DNA of 38,236 nucleotides from Phycisphaerales bacterium (GTDB lineage Bacteria; Planctomycetota; Phycisphaerae; Phycisphaerales; SM1A02): NCBI GenBank assembly GCA_044234825.1, contig JBIIIL010000001.1, positions 1 to 38,236 of the forward strand, read 5' to 3'. Shown piece by piece: positions 14,847 to 24,111 of this stretch (position 1 is its first letter; each line of letters starts with the position of its first letter). The notes under the pieces were generated by a model. It saw only the letters and a program-made list of their open reading frames with translations, ran no database searches and was not told where the DNA came from. The position numbers and the translations under genes were made by a program.

Positions 14847-16108
14847 CGTCCGCGCAGCTCGATCAGCGCGCACTCAATCTCGCGGCCCTGCGGCCTGACC
14901 GCGAGAATCCCGCTGCCACCCGCGCCCGCGGATCCCCGCGGCACCCACGAATCCTCGATCACGCTGATGCCTTCGCGGGCATCGACCGCACGGCCTGCCG
15001 TCGGGTATGGCTCCATCGCCAGTCGCCGCCTTCCGCCGACCGCAAGAGCATCGCGACCGAGGTCTGTGGCTGCGAGCGAATCCGCCGAGGCGAGCGAGAC
15101 GGTGCCGTCAGCGGGATCCCAGAGTGCGATGCGTCCAAACCGAGGATGGAAGATCATGGCGTGCCCACGTGTCGTCGCCGTGGACGCGCCGAGCGGCACG
15201 ACCGCCTGGTACGCCGTGCGCGCATCTGCACGCCAGGACAGCGGCAGCTCGGCCACGGTCTTCCACGCCGCGAAGGCCTCCGCGCCCCGCGGCGCGGGCC
15301 ATGGGTACGCGACGAGCGTCAGCGTGCCGTCGCCAAGGCGAAGCGCATACAGGTGCCGCCCATCGGCCGAGAAGAATGGCGCCACGAGTGACGCGCCGTC
15401 GGGGGCCGGCAGCACGCGAGTGCCCTCAAGGGCATCACGCACCGCGAGGGCAAAGTGAGTGGCCCCGCGCTCGCGCACGCTCCACGCAAGTGCGCCACCG
15501 GGCCCCGCCGCGGCGAAGGCATGTACGCCATCTCCCCGGACGATCCACTGCACAGGCGAATCGCCGCCACCGGCACCGGTTGCGCCTGCACCTGGCGAGT
15601 CCCACGGCAGCACGCCGATCCAGCGCGAACCGTCAAGGCGGGGGCTCTCGACCAGCACTCCGGCAGCATGGGCATTGGCCATGGCTGTTGAGCCTGGCGT
15701 GCTCATCCGACCGAGCAGGAGGTCCGGTCCGGACGAGGACACGTGCTTCAGCGAGGCGCCCTCGGTGGCGTAGATCGACACGGTGCCTGCCTCCGGCACG
15801 CCCCCGTCCACGGCGGCGAGCAGGGTCGGCCAGTCTGCGGAGGAGCGCTCCTGCACCGCGATGAAGGAGCCCGAGGCGTCGCTCACCGGCAGCGCAAAGC
15901 CATCGTGGGGCACTCGGCCAAGCCGCACGAACGAGTACTGGATCTCGCCGCCGGTGAACCGCGTTTCGGCACCCGACGGATCCCGCGGCGCGGGAGGTCC
16001 GCCCTCTGGAGCGGCTGTCGCCACTGTGCGAGGTGGCGCGACGCTCGATGCGCATCCGAGCAGGGCGCTGCACGCGATGAGCGCGGTCAACGCGGCATTC
16101 GCGCTCAC
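14843..16108 (-). CDS. Lipoprotein, probable beta-propeller (TolB-like), translationally coupled to the secretin gene
   Basis: 421 aa. The signal peptide MSANAALTALIACSALLGC carries a lipobox. The GTG start overlaps the gspD stop (GTGA). No recognisable catalytic motifs. Confidence 0.6.
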   Translation of the reverse strand: MSANAALTALIACSALLGCASSVAPPRTVATAAPEGGPPAPRDPSGAETRFTGGEIQYSFVRLGRVPHDGFALPVSDASGSFIAVQERSSADWPTLLAAVDGGVPEAGTVSIYATEGASLKHVSSSGPDLLLGRMSTPGSTAMANAHAAGVLVESPRLDGSRWIGVLPWDSPGAGATGAGGGDSPVQWIVRGDGVHAFAAAGPGGALAWSVRERGATHFALAVRDALEGTRVLPAPDGASLVAPFFSADGRHLYALRLGDGTLTLVAYPWPAPRGAEAFAAWKTVAELPLSWRADARTAYQAVVPLGASTATTRGHAMIFHPRFGRIALWDPADGTVSLASADSLAATDLGRDALAVGGRRRLAMEPYPTAGRAVDAREGISVIEDSWVPRGSAGAGGSGILAVRPQGREIECALIELRGR

Positions 16109-19100
16109 GGAGCGGGCGATCCTGACGGCGCGGGTTCCGACGGCGCAGGCTCGGATGCCGGGGCGGCAGAGGTTCCTGCGTCAGCGCCCGTCGCCGCACC
16201 GCCTGATGCGCGTCCTGCCCCCATGTTCGGGGTGATCGGCGCGATCGGGTCGACGCCATCCTTGCCGAGGATGCGCCCCTGCTCGACGAGGTCCTTGCTC
16301 GTCTGCGACAGCGGCTTCGACAGGGCCTCAAGGCGCTGGCGCTCAAGCACGTTGAAGTTGCTGTCGTTCTCGTCAGGATTCTCGATCACGGTCGGGGTGA
16401 TGAAGATCACGAGCTCCTTCACGATCTTCAGGTCCTGCTGGTATCCGAAGATCAGGTCGAGGATCGGGATGTCGCCGAGGATCGGGAATCCCTGCTTCTT
16501 GAAGTCCTGCGTCTCGAGCCGGATGCCGCCGATGACGACGGTCTGCCCGTTCTTGATCGTGACCGTGGTGTTGGTCTGCCGTCGCGTGACGGTGGGGTTG
16601 CCGCTGCCGCCCGGATTCACGGTGACGCCTGATGCCAGGTTCGAGTAGAGCACCTGGATGTCCATCGCGACGTTCTTCTCCTTGGTGATGCGCGGCCGGA
16701 CATTCAGCCCGATGCCCACCGAGATCTGCTCGAAGGCGGACACCTGGCCGCCGCCTGTGTTGGCGCCGAACCCGGTGCTCGCGAGGAACGGCACGTCCTG
16801 GCCGTTGAAGAAGATGGCCTCCTTGTTGTCCGTCGTGCACACTCGCGGCTGCTGCAGGATGCGCACCGACGTGTCCTGCTGGAGCGCCTGGAGGATCACC
16901 GTCGCATCGACGCCGAAGTTGAAGGCGCCAGGCGTCGTGAACGGAGGCACGAAGAGCCCGTCCTTGCCGCCACTGAAGTTGAGCGGGCTGTCCGGCGCGT
17001 TCGGGTCGCCGATCACCACCGCATTTGCCGGGTCAGCGGGCGAGATGGCGCCGTACTGGCCCCACTGGATGCCCATCGCGAACTTGTCGCCGAGCTCCAC
17101 CTCCGCCAGGATCGCATTGATCATCACCTGACGGCCGGGTCGGTCGAGATCGTCGATCATGTCCAGGATCGCCTGCTGGATCTCAGGCGCCGCGAGCACG
17201 AGGAGCGAGTTCTGGCCGGCATTGGGCACGACGCGGCTCTTGCCTACGAGCGCGCTGACCTCGTTCTGCTCCTCCTCGCCGCCGCGCGCCTGCTGCCACG
17301 GGAACTCAATGGTCTGCCTGCTGACGCCGCCGGCCGGAGCGCCGCCGGTGGTCTGCCCGGTGAGCGCGTTGGACTGCTGGCTCTGCGTTCCGGATGACGC
17401 GAAGTCAAGTCCGGACAGCCCCTCCTCCGGGGCGGTGATGCCGGTGCCGGCACCCGACTGCGCGAGCAGCGCATTGATGATCTCCGCAAGCTCGATGGCG
17501 CTCGCGTACTTCAGCGGCACCGTGCGCGGCAGGCCCACCTCGAGCGGCTGGTCGATCTCGGCCACCAGCACATCGAGCCACTCGAAGTTGTCTGGCGTCT
17601 TGGTGACGACCACGAGGCGGTTCGAGTCCGGATACGCCTCGATCTTGAAGATGTTCGCGACGGCAACGTCGGCGCTCGACTCGCCGCCTCCGCCGGCCGC
17701 ACCGCCGCCTCCGGCAAGCCGAGGCGCGCCGCCGCGGCCCGTGCGGCCGCCACTGGATCCCGACTGCAGCAGCTCCTGCAGGAGCGTGCGCACCTTGATC
17801 GGATCCGTGTACACCAGGTCGTACGCCTTGAAGATGCTGCCGTGGCGGGTCGGCGGGATGTCCCAGCTGCGCGAGATGAGCTCGCGGATGCGCACGAGCG
17901 TGTCCTGGTCGGATCGGACGGTGATGGAGTTGGTGGCCGGCAGCACCGTGACCACAAGGTCCGCAACCTCGCCTCCTCCGCCACCAGGCTGTCCGGGCTG
18001 GGCCGGCTGGCCCGGCCGCTGGGCCCGCGGCTGCCGAGGCTGGCCCGCGCCGCCCGCGCTGCTGCGCGAGCCCGTGAAGATCGTCGTGATCGCATCGGCG
18101 ATCACGCTCGCGTCGGCGTACTGGAGGCGGAACGTGTCCGTGCGGGTGTCGACGTAGGGCGGCACGTCGAGCTGGCCGATGATCTCGGCGCACCGCTTCG
18201 CCAGGCCCACATCCCCCTCGAGGATGATCTGGTTCGAGTTCGGGTCGACGTCGATCTTCGCGTACGCCGGGAGCGATGCGCTCAGCCTGTCGAAGATGCC
18301 CGATGCGCGCGTGTTGACGACCTTGAAGATCTTGATGACGACCTGGCCGTTCTCCTCCATGCGGAGCACGTCCACTTCCGGCCCGAGCACGCGCGCAGGC
18401 TGCAGCTTCGCCGCATTGTCCATCATGTCGATCATCACCAGGTCGTCCGTCTCGACCACGGCGATGTCGTTGAGCCTGAAGGCCTGCATGATCAGCTCAA
18501 GGGCCTTGGCCCGCGACACCGGCTTGTCGCTGATCACGCTGATCACCACCTGGCGGATCTGGGCAAGCCTCGGGATCACGGGCTTGCCCGTGCACTCCAT
18601 GATGAATGTGAAGAGGTCCTCGGCCTTGATCTCGCGGAAGTTGACGAGCACGAGATCGTTCGGGTCCACGCGGCGCCGGTCGGTGCGGAACTCGCGCGTG
18701 ACGCCGCCGAAGCCCTGGCCCGGCGCATCGATGAGGATCGGCGTGGGCAGCGGCTTGGGCGCCGGCTCGATCGCGCCGCCGCTGGCAGGCGACTGCGGAT
18801 CGGAGGCGGGAGCCTCGGAAGGAGCCTGCGGAGCGGGTGCTGCCGGCGAATCTGCGGAAGGATCAGCTTGAGGTGCCGGCGCGGGCTCGGCCGGCTCGCC
18901 GGCCTGAGCGGACGGTTCGCTGGCGGGAGGGGTGGCTGCAGGCGCTGCAGGCGGAACGTCAGGCTGGGCGTTCGGCTGGGGCCGACCTGACTGCAGCGGT
19001 GATGCGCTCGCGTCTCGATCCGCGGTGATGGCGCCAGCGGCGAGCGCCATCAGCACGGTGGTGGCGCTGGCGATCTGCGTCATGGGGGTCGTGGAGTGAT

Positions 19101-19110
19101 TCGGCGTCAT
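16105..19110 (-). CDS. gspD: Type II secretion system secretin GspD
   Basis: 1001 aa. An N0-like region (LVNFREIKAEDLFTFIMECTGKPVI) and N-domains precede a C-terminal secretin domain (VTRRQTNTTVTIKNGQTVVIGGIRLE...GFPILGDIPILDLIFGY...ELVIFITPTVIE). An alternative ATG lies at 19083. Confidence 0.9.
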   Translation of the reverse strand: MTPNHSTTPMTQIASATTVLMALAAGAITADRDASASPLQSGRPQPNAQPDVPPAAPAATPPASEPSAQAGEPAEPAPAPQADPSADSPAAPAPQAPSEAPASDPQSPASGGAIEPAPKPLPTPILIDAPGQGFGGVTREFRTDRRRVDPNDLVLVNFREIKAEDLFTFIMECTGKPVIPRLAQIRQVVISVISDKPVSRAKALELIMQAFRLNDIAVVETDDLVMIDMMDNAAKLQPARVLGPEVDVLRMEENGQVVIKIFKVVNTRASGIFDRLSASLPAYAKIDVDPNSNQIILEGDVGLAKRCAEIIGQLDVPPYVDTRTDTFRLQYADASVIADAITTIFTGSRSSAGGAGQPRQPRAQRPGQPAQPGQPGGGGGEVADLVVTVLPATNSITVRSDQDTLVRIRELISRSWDIPPTRHGSIFKAYDLVYTDPIKVRTLLQELLQSGSSGGRTGRGGAPRLAGGGGAAGGGGESSADVAVANIFKIEAYPDSNRLVVVTKTPDNFEWLDVLVAEIDQPLEVGLPRTVPLKYASAIELAEIINALLAQSGAGTGITAPEEGLSGLDFASSGTQSQQSNALTGQTTGGAPAGGVSRQTIEFPWQQARGGEEEQNEVSALVGKSRVVPNAGQNSLLVLAAPEIQQAILDMIDDLDRPGRQVMINAILAEVELGDKFAMGIQWGQYGAISPADPANAVVIGDPNAPDSPLNFSGGKDGLFVPPFTTPGAFNFGVDATVILQALQQDTSVRILQQPRVCTTDNKEAIFFNGQDVPFLASTGFGANTGGGQVSAFEQISVGIGLNVRPRITKEKNVAMDIQVLYSNLASGVTVNPGGSGNPTVTRRQTNTTVTIKNGQTVVIGGIRLETQDFKKQGFPILGDIPILDLIFGYQQDLKIVKELVIFITPTVIENPDENDSNFNVLERQRLEALSKPLSQTSKDLVEQGRILGKDGVDPIAPITPNMGAGRASGGAATGADAGTSAAPASEPAPSEPAPSGSPAP

Positions 19111-19153
19111 GTCAGGGGTCCTCAGCAGCGGCAGCGGCTCCAGCGCATCGGGC

Positions 19154-20149
19154 TCACGATCCGGCGTCAGCGGGTGCGGTGCGCACGCGCTTGATCAGCA
19201 TGTCGAACTCTCCGCGCAACCTTGCGCGAGTCGCATCATCAAGGTCACGAATGCTCCGGGCGCGGCTCACTGCCGCGAGCGCAGCCTGCGCCTCGCGCCG
19301 GCTCATCGCGTCCACATCAGCCTGAGAGAGCGGCGCGGGAACTTCGGCGCGGGGCAGTTCGATGTCAGTGCCGGGTCCCGCCGGCGCAGGTGGCGCAGAC
19401 GGAGCCGGCTGCGGCGCCGATGGCGCCGGCGGAGCTGGCGGCGGCGCCGGTGGCGACTGGGGCGCTGGCGCCGGTGCGTCAGCCGCGCGACCATCGCGCG
19501 CCTGACCGCCGTCTGCGGCTCGGCCTGCATCGCCTGCATTGCCGCCAGCACCGGGACCATCGGTCTCCGGCTTCACGGACTTGATCGGCGATGCGGCGCC
19601 GGTCTCCCGCTTGGACAGCGCCGTCAAGTCCGATGGATCCCACACAGGCACGAGATACGTGCCTCCACGGTGCGAGACGCGCACATGGCTCGGAGGCTCC
19701 ACGCTCAGCACCTTCAGCCCATCGCGCTCCTGCCCGACTGAGAGCGCGGAGATGCCGTCGAAGTAGACGGTGCTTCCGATCATTCCCATCGGCTTGGGCC
19801 CTCCATACTCCGCGGGAGCCGGCGGCGTCACTGGCTTGGGCGGTGGCGGAGGCTCTGGCGGGAGGGGCGGCGGCGGTGGCGGCGGCCGGTACGGCGGCGC
19901 CGGCATGACGAAGAGGCTGCGCCCGTCAAAGCGTGCGCGCGAGAGCTCGATCGCTGCCTCATGGCGCGCCAGCTGGGCATCGAAGGCACGCACATCCTTC
20001 GGGTCTGCCGATGGCGCGATCGCGGCAGGAGCGAGGTCGGCCAGCGAGATGATGGCCACGGTCGCCAGCGTGCCAAGGCATGCGGCGCTCACGATGAATG
20101 CAGCGTTGGGCCGGAAGCCAGGCGGCAGCATGCTGCGCAGGTCTCTCAT
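19154..20149 (-). CDS. GspC/XpsN-like inner-membrane T2SS protein (TM anchor, poly-Pro linkers, HR/PilP-like beta domain, novel C-terminal module)
   Basis: The start ATG at 20149 overlaps the upstream stop (ATGA). The TM segment is AAFIVSAACLGTLATVAIISL. The HR-like block is GMIGSTVYFDGISALSVGQERDGLKVLSVEPPSHVRVSHRGGTYLVPV. Its position between the M-like gene and gspD matches xpsN in Xanthomonas. Confidence 0.6.
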   Translation of the reverse strand: MRDLRSMLPPGFRPNAAFIVSAACLGTLATVAIISLADLAPAAIAPSADPKDVRAFDAQLARHEAAIELSRARFDGRSLFVMPAPPYRPPPPPPPLPPEPPPPPKPVTPPAPAEYGGPKPMGMIGSTVYFDGISALSVGQERDGLKVLSVEPPSHVRVSHRGGTYLVPVWDPSDLTALSKRETGAASPIKSVKPETDGPGAGGNAGDAGRAADGGQARDGRAADAPAPAPQSPPAPPPAPPAPSAPQPAPSAPPAPAGPGTDIELPRAEVPAPLSQADVDAMSRREAQAALAAVSRARSIRDLDDATRARLRGEFDMLIKRVRTAPADAGS

Positions 20150-20757
20150 GCGCCGCGCCCCCGACTGTCGCGCGACACCACAGCCCAAGCCTCGACCGAG
20201 AGCTTGACGTCGAGCTTCTTCTTCTCCTCGCGCCAGTTCATGCGGACCTGCGCGACTGCGTCGATGGCAGGGCTTCGCTCGAGATCCTCGAGGATCTTGG
20301 CCACGTCCCCCGGTGCCACGTCGAACGAGAGCTCGCCGAAGATGCGTTCGATGCGCTGCCCTGGCCCTACCACGCCCGCCAGCGCTGCTGAAGGGAGCTT
20401 GCCGCCGCTGCGGGCCTCGAACGCGTAGTTCTGGATGTTGTGGCGCTTGACGACCTCGCTCACGGCCGCAGCGAGCGCCTGAGATGACTGCGCCTCTGAG
20501 TCGGGCGGCTCAACCGCACCGTACGCGAGCACGGCGCGCTCGATCTCGCGCGGCACAGGCGCATTCATGGCTGCGCCGCGATCGAGCAGCGACTGGAGCC
20601 GGTCCGCCTGGCGATCGAGGTCGCGTGCGGTGGACCAGCAGTAGTCGTCCACGAACACGTAGAGCGCGACTGCGGCGATGCCCGCGAGCATCCAGCGCGT
20701 GCGCGGAGGCAGCGCCATGATGCGTGCGGCGATCGAGCTTGTCTGGGAGGCAGCCAT
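20146..20757 (-). CDS. GspM/PilO-like T2SS inner-membrane protein
   Basis: 203 aa with a single N-terminal TM (WMLAGIAAVALYVFV), then a coiled-coil and a ferredoxin-like region. The assignment rests on position after the L-like gene, size and topology. Confidence 0.55.
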   Translation of the reverse strand: MAASQTSSIAARIMALPPRTRWMLAGIAAVALYVFVDDYCWSTARDLDRQADRLQSLLDRGAAMNAPVPREIERAVLAYGAVEPPDSEAQSSQALAAAVSEVVKRHNIQNYAFEARSGGKLPSAALAGVVGPGQRIERIFGELSFDVAPGDVAKILEDLERSPAIDAVAQVRMNWREEKKKLDVKLSVEAWAVVSRDSRGRGA

Positions 20758-20764
20758 GGATGCG

Positions 20765-22750
20765 CTACTTGGCGGTCTTCTGGTGGTTGATCAGCTTGTA
20801 GAACTCGTCCTTGAGTCGCTGCTCGACTGCCGGATCAAGGTTCTTCTGGGCGCGGGCCCGCGACACGCGCGCGAGCGCCTCGTTGGCCTCGGCCTTGGAC
20901 ATCGACCTGATCTGCTCGTCCGAGAGGGGGTCCGGAATGGCCGCGGCCTCGTCGCCGCTCGCCGCTCTCGAGGACCCTCGCGTCGCAGCATCGTTGGCGG
21001 CCGATCCGAATCCGCGTCGGGTGCGGCTCTCGGTGGGTGAAGTGGCCGTAGAGCCTGAGTCCGTGGACGCTGCAGACGAGGGTGCTGAATCCGAGGGCTT
21101 CGGCGGCGTGCCGGGCGGGTTGATCGCCACCACGGGTGCGCCGGTGGCCGCGGGCGGAGGCGCAGGGGTCGTTGTCGGCGACGGGGACGACGGGGATGAC
21201 GAGGCCACAGCGCTCGAGTCCGCTCCGTAGCGGCGGTCGCGCAAGGTGCGCTTGGCGAAGTCCTGCACCTCGGGATAGTCGGGCATCTGCACGGGCTGGT
21301 TCACCGCGGCAGTGATCGTGAACTTGACGATTCCCGCAGCGTTCGGCGCCTCCCAGTTCTTCACGACCCGGTCGAAGATGCCGGAGTCGCGCATCTGCCG
21401 CTCCATCATCAGGATGGCGTCCGTCGCGCTCTGGGCGCCTTGGGGCTTGGCGGCCCCGGAGACTGTCATGGGCGATCCAAAGCCAATCGAGACCGACTCA
21501 AGCTCGATGCCCTCTGGCGTGGTGGATGCGAGATCTCCAAGCAGCTTGGTCATCGGCCAGGCGAACCGCTGGTAATCGCGGTACATCGCCGCCTGCTGAT
21601 CCGCGCGCTGCAGAAGTCGCTCGTAGGCTTGCGGATCCGGAAGTTTCCAGCCAAGAACTGCCATACGCAGCCCAGATACCGCCAGCGGGAACAGCGCCAC
21701 GGCGGCGATCGATGCGGCGACCAAGGTCGCCGCAGTCTTCGGTTCGCCACATCGCTCGATCGTCCGCGCCAGAAATCCACCTGCGGCTCTGGGCTCAACC
21801 GCACGCAGCTGCACGGTGGGCGCGAGCTCCGACGCGGAGGCAATCCCAGTCCCAACAAGGAGTCCCCATCGATGCCACCACTCGGGGGTGCCCGACGATC
21901 CCGCGACGATCGCGCTCAACGCCTCGGCGCTCGGACCGCCAGGGGTCAGGAGGCCGCTCCCACTCTCCGGGAACTGCGCCTGTGCAGCCTGAACCATGTG
22001 AGCGGCATCGGCATCATCCACGCCGGCCAGAAGCAGGGTTTCGGCAACGGCTCGACGCGCTGACTCAAGCCACCCGTCATGGTCCGAACCGTCCTCGCGC
22101 ACCACCCGGAAGGTGATCGCCGTGCCAAGCTGCAGGGCGATCCCGATGCAGCCGGACTCTCTGTCAAGATCCACCATGAGGGATCTGGATCGACCGTTGC
22201 ACAAGGCTGCAAGTCCAGAAATGCCAGGCGCATAAGTCACGCTCAGGTCGGCCGGAAGATCGCGTGGCATTGGTGGCACCGGGCTCGACTGCGGCCACTC
22301 CACCAGGAGCGCATGTCGATCCGTCTGACCCTCGACGGATGCGAGCAAGCCGGCGCCCGCACGGTGCCTCGGCGTGCCGCCGAGCAGGACGTTCTCGACC
22401 TGCAATCGAAGCGCCATCGCGAGTCGGTCGGGCGCAGCGGTGGGCAACGTCAGCGTGCGCGCAATCACCGAGGCCGACGGGAGAAGAATGAGCACGGACC
22501 CAACCATCCAACGGTCGAGCCATGCGCCGAGCGGGTCCCGCGAAGCGTCACCTACCTGGCTTGTGGATTTGGCAGCGTCCTCTGCGGAGTCTATTAGTTC
22601 TCGGACGTCAAGGACGCGACACCCGTCTGGGCCTCGCTCCATCGCAACCCCTCGCCAAAGCCCATCGCCCCCATCAAGGCACAGCGCGGCCACCACGGCT
22701 GGGTTCCGCTGCACCTTCTCTTGGGGACTGGACTTCTTCCGTCGAATCAC
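20765..22750 (-). CDS. GspL-like (PilM/PilN-like fusion) T2SS assembly protein with long Pro/Ser-rich tail and novel C-terminal module
   Basis: 661 aa. A cytoplasmic actin-like N-domain is followed by one TM (TAATLVAASIAAVALFPLAVSGL), a periplasmic domain, a PS-rich linker, and a 53-aa C-terminal module shared with the C-like protein. The GTG start overlaps the gspK stop (GTGA). Confidence 0.6.
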   Translation of the reverse strand: MIRRKKSSPQEKVQRNPAVVAALCLDGGDGLWRGVAMERGPDGCRVLDVRELIDSAEDAAKSTSQVGDASRDPLGAWLDRWMVGSVLILLPSASVIARTLTLPTAAPDRLAMALRLQVENVLLGGTPRHRAGAGLLASVEGQTDRHALLVEWPQSSPVPPMPRDLPADLSVTYAPGISGLAALCNGRSRSLMVDLDRESGCIGIALQLGTAITFRVVREDGSDHDGWLESARRAVAETLLLAGVDDADAAHMVQAAQAQFPESGSGLLTPGGPSAEALSAIVAGSSGTPEWWHRWGLLVGTGIASASELAPTVQLRAVEPRAAGGFLARTIERCGEPKTAATLVAASIAAVALFPLAVSGLRMAVLGWKLPDPQAYERLLQRADQQAAMYRDYQRFAWPMTKLLGDLASTTPEGIELESVSIGFGSPMTVSGAAKPQGAQSATDAILMMERQMRDSGIFDRVVKNWEAPNAAGIVKFTITAAVNQPVQMPDYPEVQDFAKRTLRDRRYGADSSAVASSSPSSPSPTTTPAPPPAATGAPVVAINPPGTPPKPSDSAPSSAASTDSGSTATSPTESRTRRGFGSAANDAATRGSSRAASGDEAAAIPDPLSDEQIRSMSKAEANEALARVSRARAQKNLDPAVEQRLKDEFYKLINHQKTAK

Positions 22751-24111
22751 GGTTCTCGATACTCCTGGATCGTCGCGGGCAGGGTGGAACGATTCACCGT
22801 CACGATCATTTCAGCCTCCGTGCCCAGGCTCTTGGCCTGGCCGCGGCTCGTGATGGTGAACACCCAGCTCTGGACATCCAGATATCGGGCAATTGGCTGC
22901 AGGATCTGCGGCGTCATGCCAGGAATCTCGAGAAGTTGCGACAGGCTTGTGATCCCCTCCGGGCGGGCATCCCGGCGGGACACGATCGAGGCCACGAGCT
23001 TGGGGTTCATGTCGAACAGCTCGGTCAGAACCTCGCCGGACACCGTGTTGATGTTGATCTTGCCCGGGCCGGGCCGGGTGAACTCGTCGATCATGCACTC
23101 ATTGAGGACGACGCCCACTTGCTCCATCGAGAGCGCGGCATTGCCGGCGTTGGCGGGACCCAGCCTCGTCTGACCACCGCTCGAGCGGCCGGTGCGACCC
23201 GCCTGGGAGTTCTGCGGCTGGGCATTCTGGCCTTGGGTCAGGTTCGCCAGCGGCGTGACCAGCAGGTTCTCGAGCCGCGCGTTGGGCTGCTTCGAGTAGG
23301 CGATGAGGGTGTTTGCCTGGGCTGCCGAGATTCCGCAGCGCTCGGCGACCTCGTCCGGCGCGGAAACCTTGAGCGGGATCTTGGGCTGACCGGAGGGCGC
23401 AAGGGGCGAGGTGAGGCTCGCTGCGGTCAGGATCCCCGACCAGCCCTGGTTGAGCTTCTCGTCGCCATCGTCCTCGGGCCAGCTCAGCTCCCCATCCATC
23501 TCGTTGGGATCGATGCGCCCGTTGAGGTTCCAGTCCTCGCCGCGCGCGTACTCCGGCCACACGCCCGCGATGAGCTCGAGCTCCCCGAACGATCGGAGGT
23601 TCGCGTTGCGCGGGAGATAGGACGTGCCGCGATTGCGGTAGAAGGCAGCCTCGGCGCCGAGCAGGCCGGAATCGTCATCCGCGTCGCGCCAGTCCGCGAT
23701 GGCATCCGCCACGTCAGGCGTCATGTCGCGCATGTTGAGCAGGTTGACCTTGGACACCGCGTTGATGTTCATCTTCGAGTGCTCGTCGAGCGGCCCGGCC
23801 CACTCGATGCCGTCGAGGAAGTGGCGGATGTCGTAGGTGCCAGTCTCGAGCTCGCCCGCGCTGTTGTTCTCGAGGTCCTTGATGAGCGCGAGCGCATCGG
23901 TGGGATCGGCGTTCTCCGTGTGGTACTCCATGATGGCGATCATCGTCTCGACGCCCGCGCGAGCAGCCCACCGTGCCTGCACGCGCGCGAGAGCCTCCAT
24001 GCCCATGACCGACTGGCGCACCGCAAGCACCTGCACGGTCGCCGCCACAGCGGCGCAGATCGCCACCGACCAGATGACGATCGCGAGCACCGATCCGCGC
24101 CGCGACCTCAT
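22747..24111 (-). CDS. gspK: Type II secretion minor pseudopilin GspK
   Basis: 454 aa. The N-terminus MRSRRGSVLAIVIWSVAI is a hydrophobic helix. Also present: ...DEHSKMNINAV..., the ADAIADWRDADDD motif (GspK calcium-site region), and C-terminal helix-hairpin-helix-like repeats (KININTVSGEVL). Confidence 0.8.
   Translation of the reverse strand: MRSRRGSVLAIVIWSVAICAAVAATVQVLAVRQSVMGMEALARVQARWAARAGVETMIAIMEYHTENADPTDALALIKDLENNSAGELETGTYDIRHFLDGIEWAGPLDEHSKMNINAVSKVNLLNMRDMTPDVADAIADWRDADDDSGLLGAEAAFYRNRGTSYLPRNANLRSFGELELIAGVWPEYARGEDWNLNGRIDPNEMDGELSWPEDDGDEKLNQGWSGILTAASLTSPLAPSGQPKIPLKVSAPDEVAERCGISAAQANTLIAYSKQPNARLENLLVTPLANLTQGQNAQPQNSQAGRTGRSSGGQTRLGPANAGNAALSMEQVGVVLNECMIDEFTRPGPGKININTVSGEVLTELFDMNPKLVASIVSRRDARPEGITSLSQLLEIPGMTPQILQPIARYLDVQSWVFTITSRGQAKSLGTEAEMIVTVNRSTLPATIQEYREP

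Noticed and set aside
14485-14898. 137-aa extremely basic (Lys/Arg/Thr-rich) ORF in the +1 frame of the acidic gene.
   Set aside because: It is an automatic consequence of reading (GAA/GAG)n one base out of frame. The acidic frame has the G/C-rich third positions in its 5' half and a promoter-like element. The basic ORF also runs into the 3' end of the opposing lipoprotein gene. It is noted only as a possible frameshift product.
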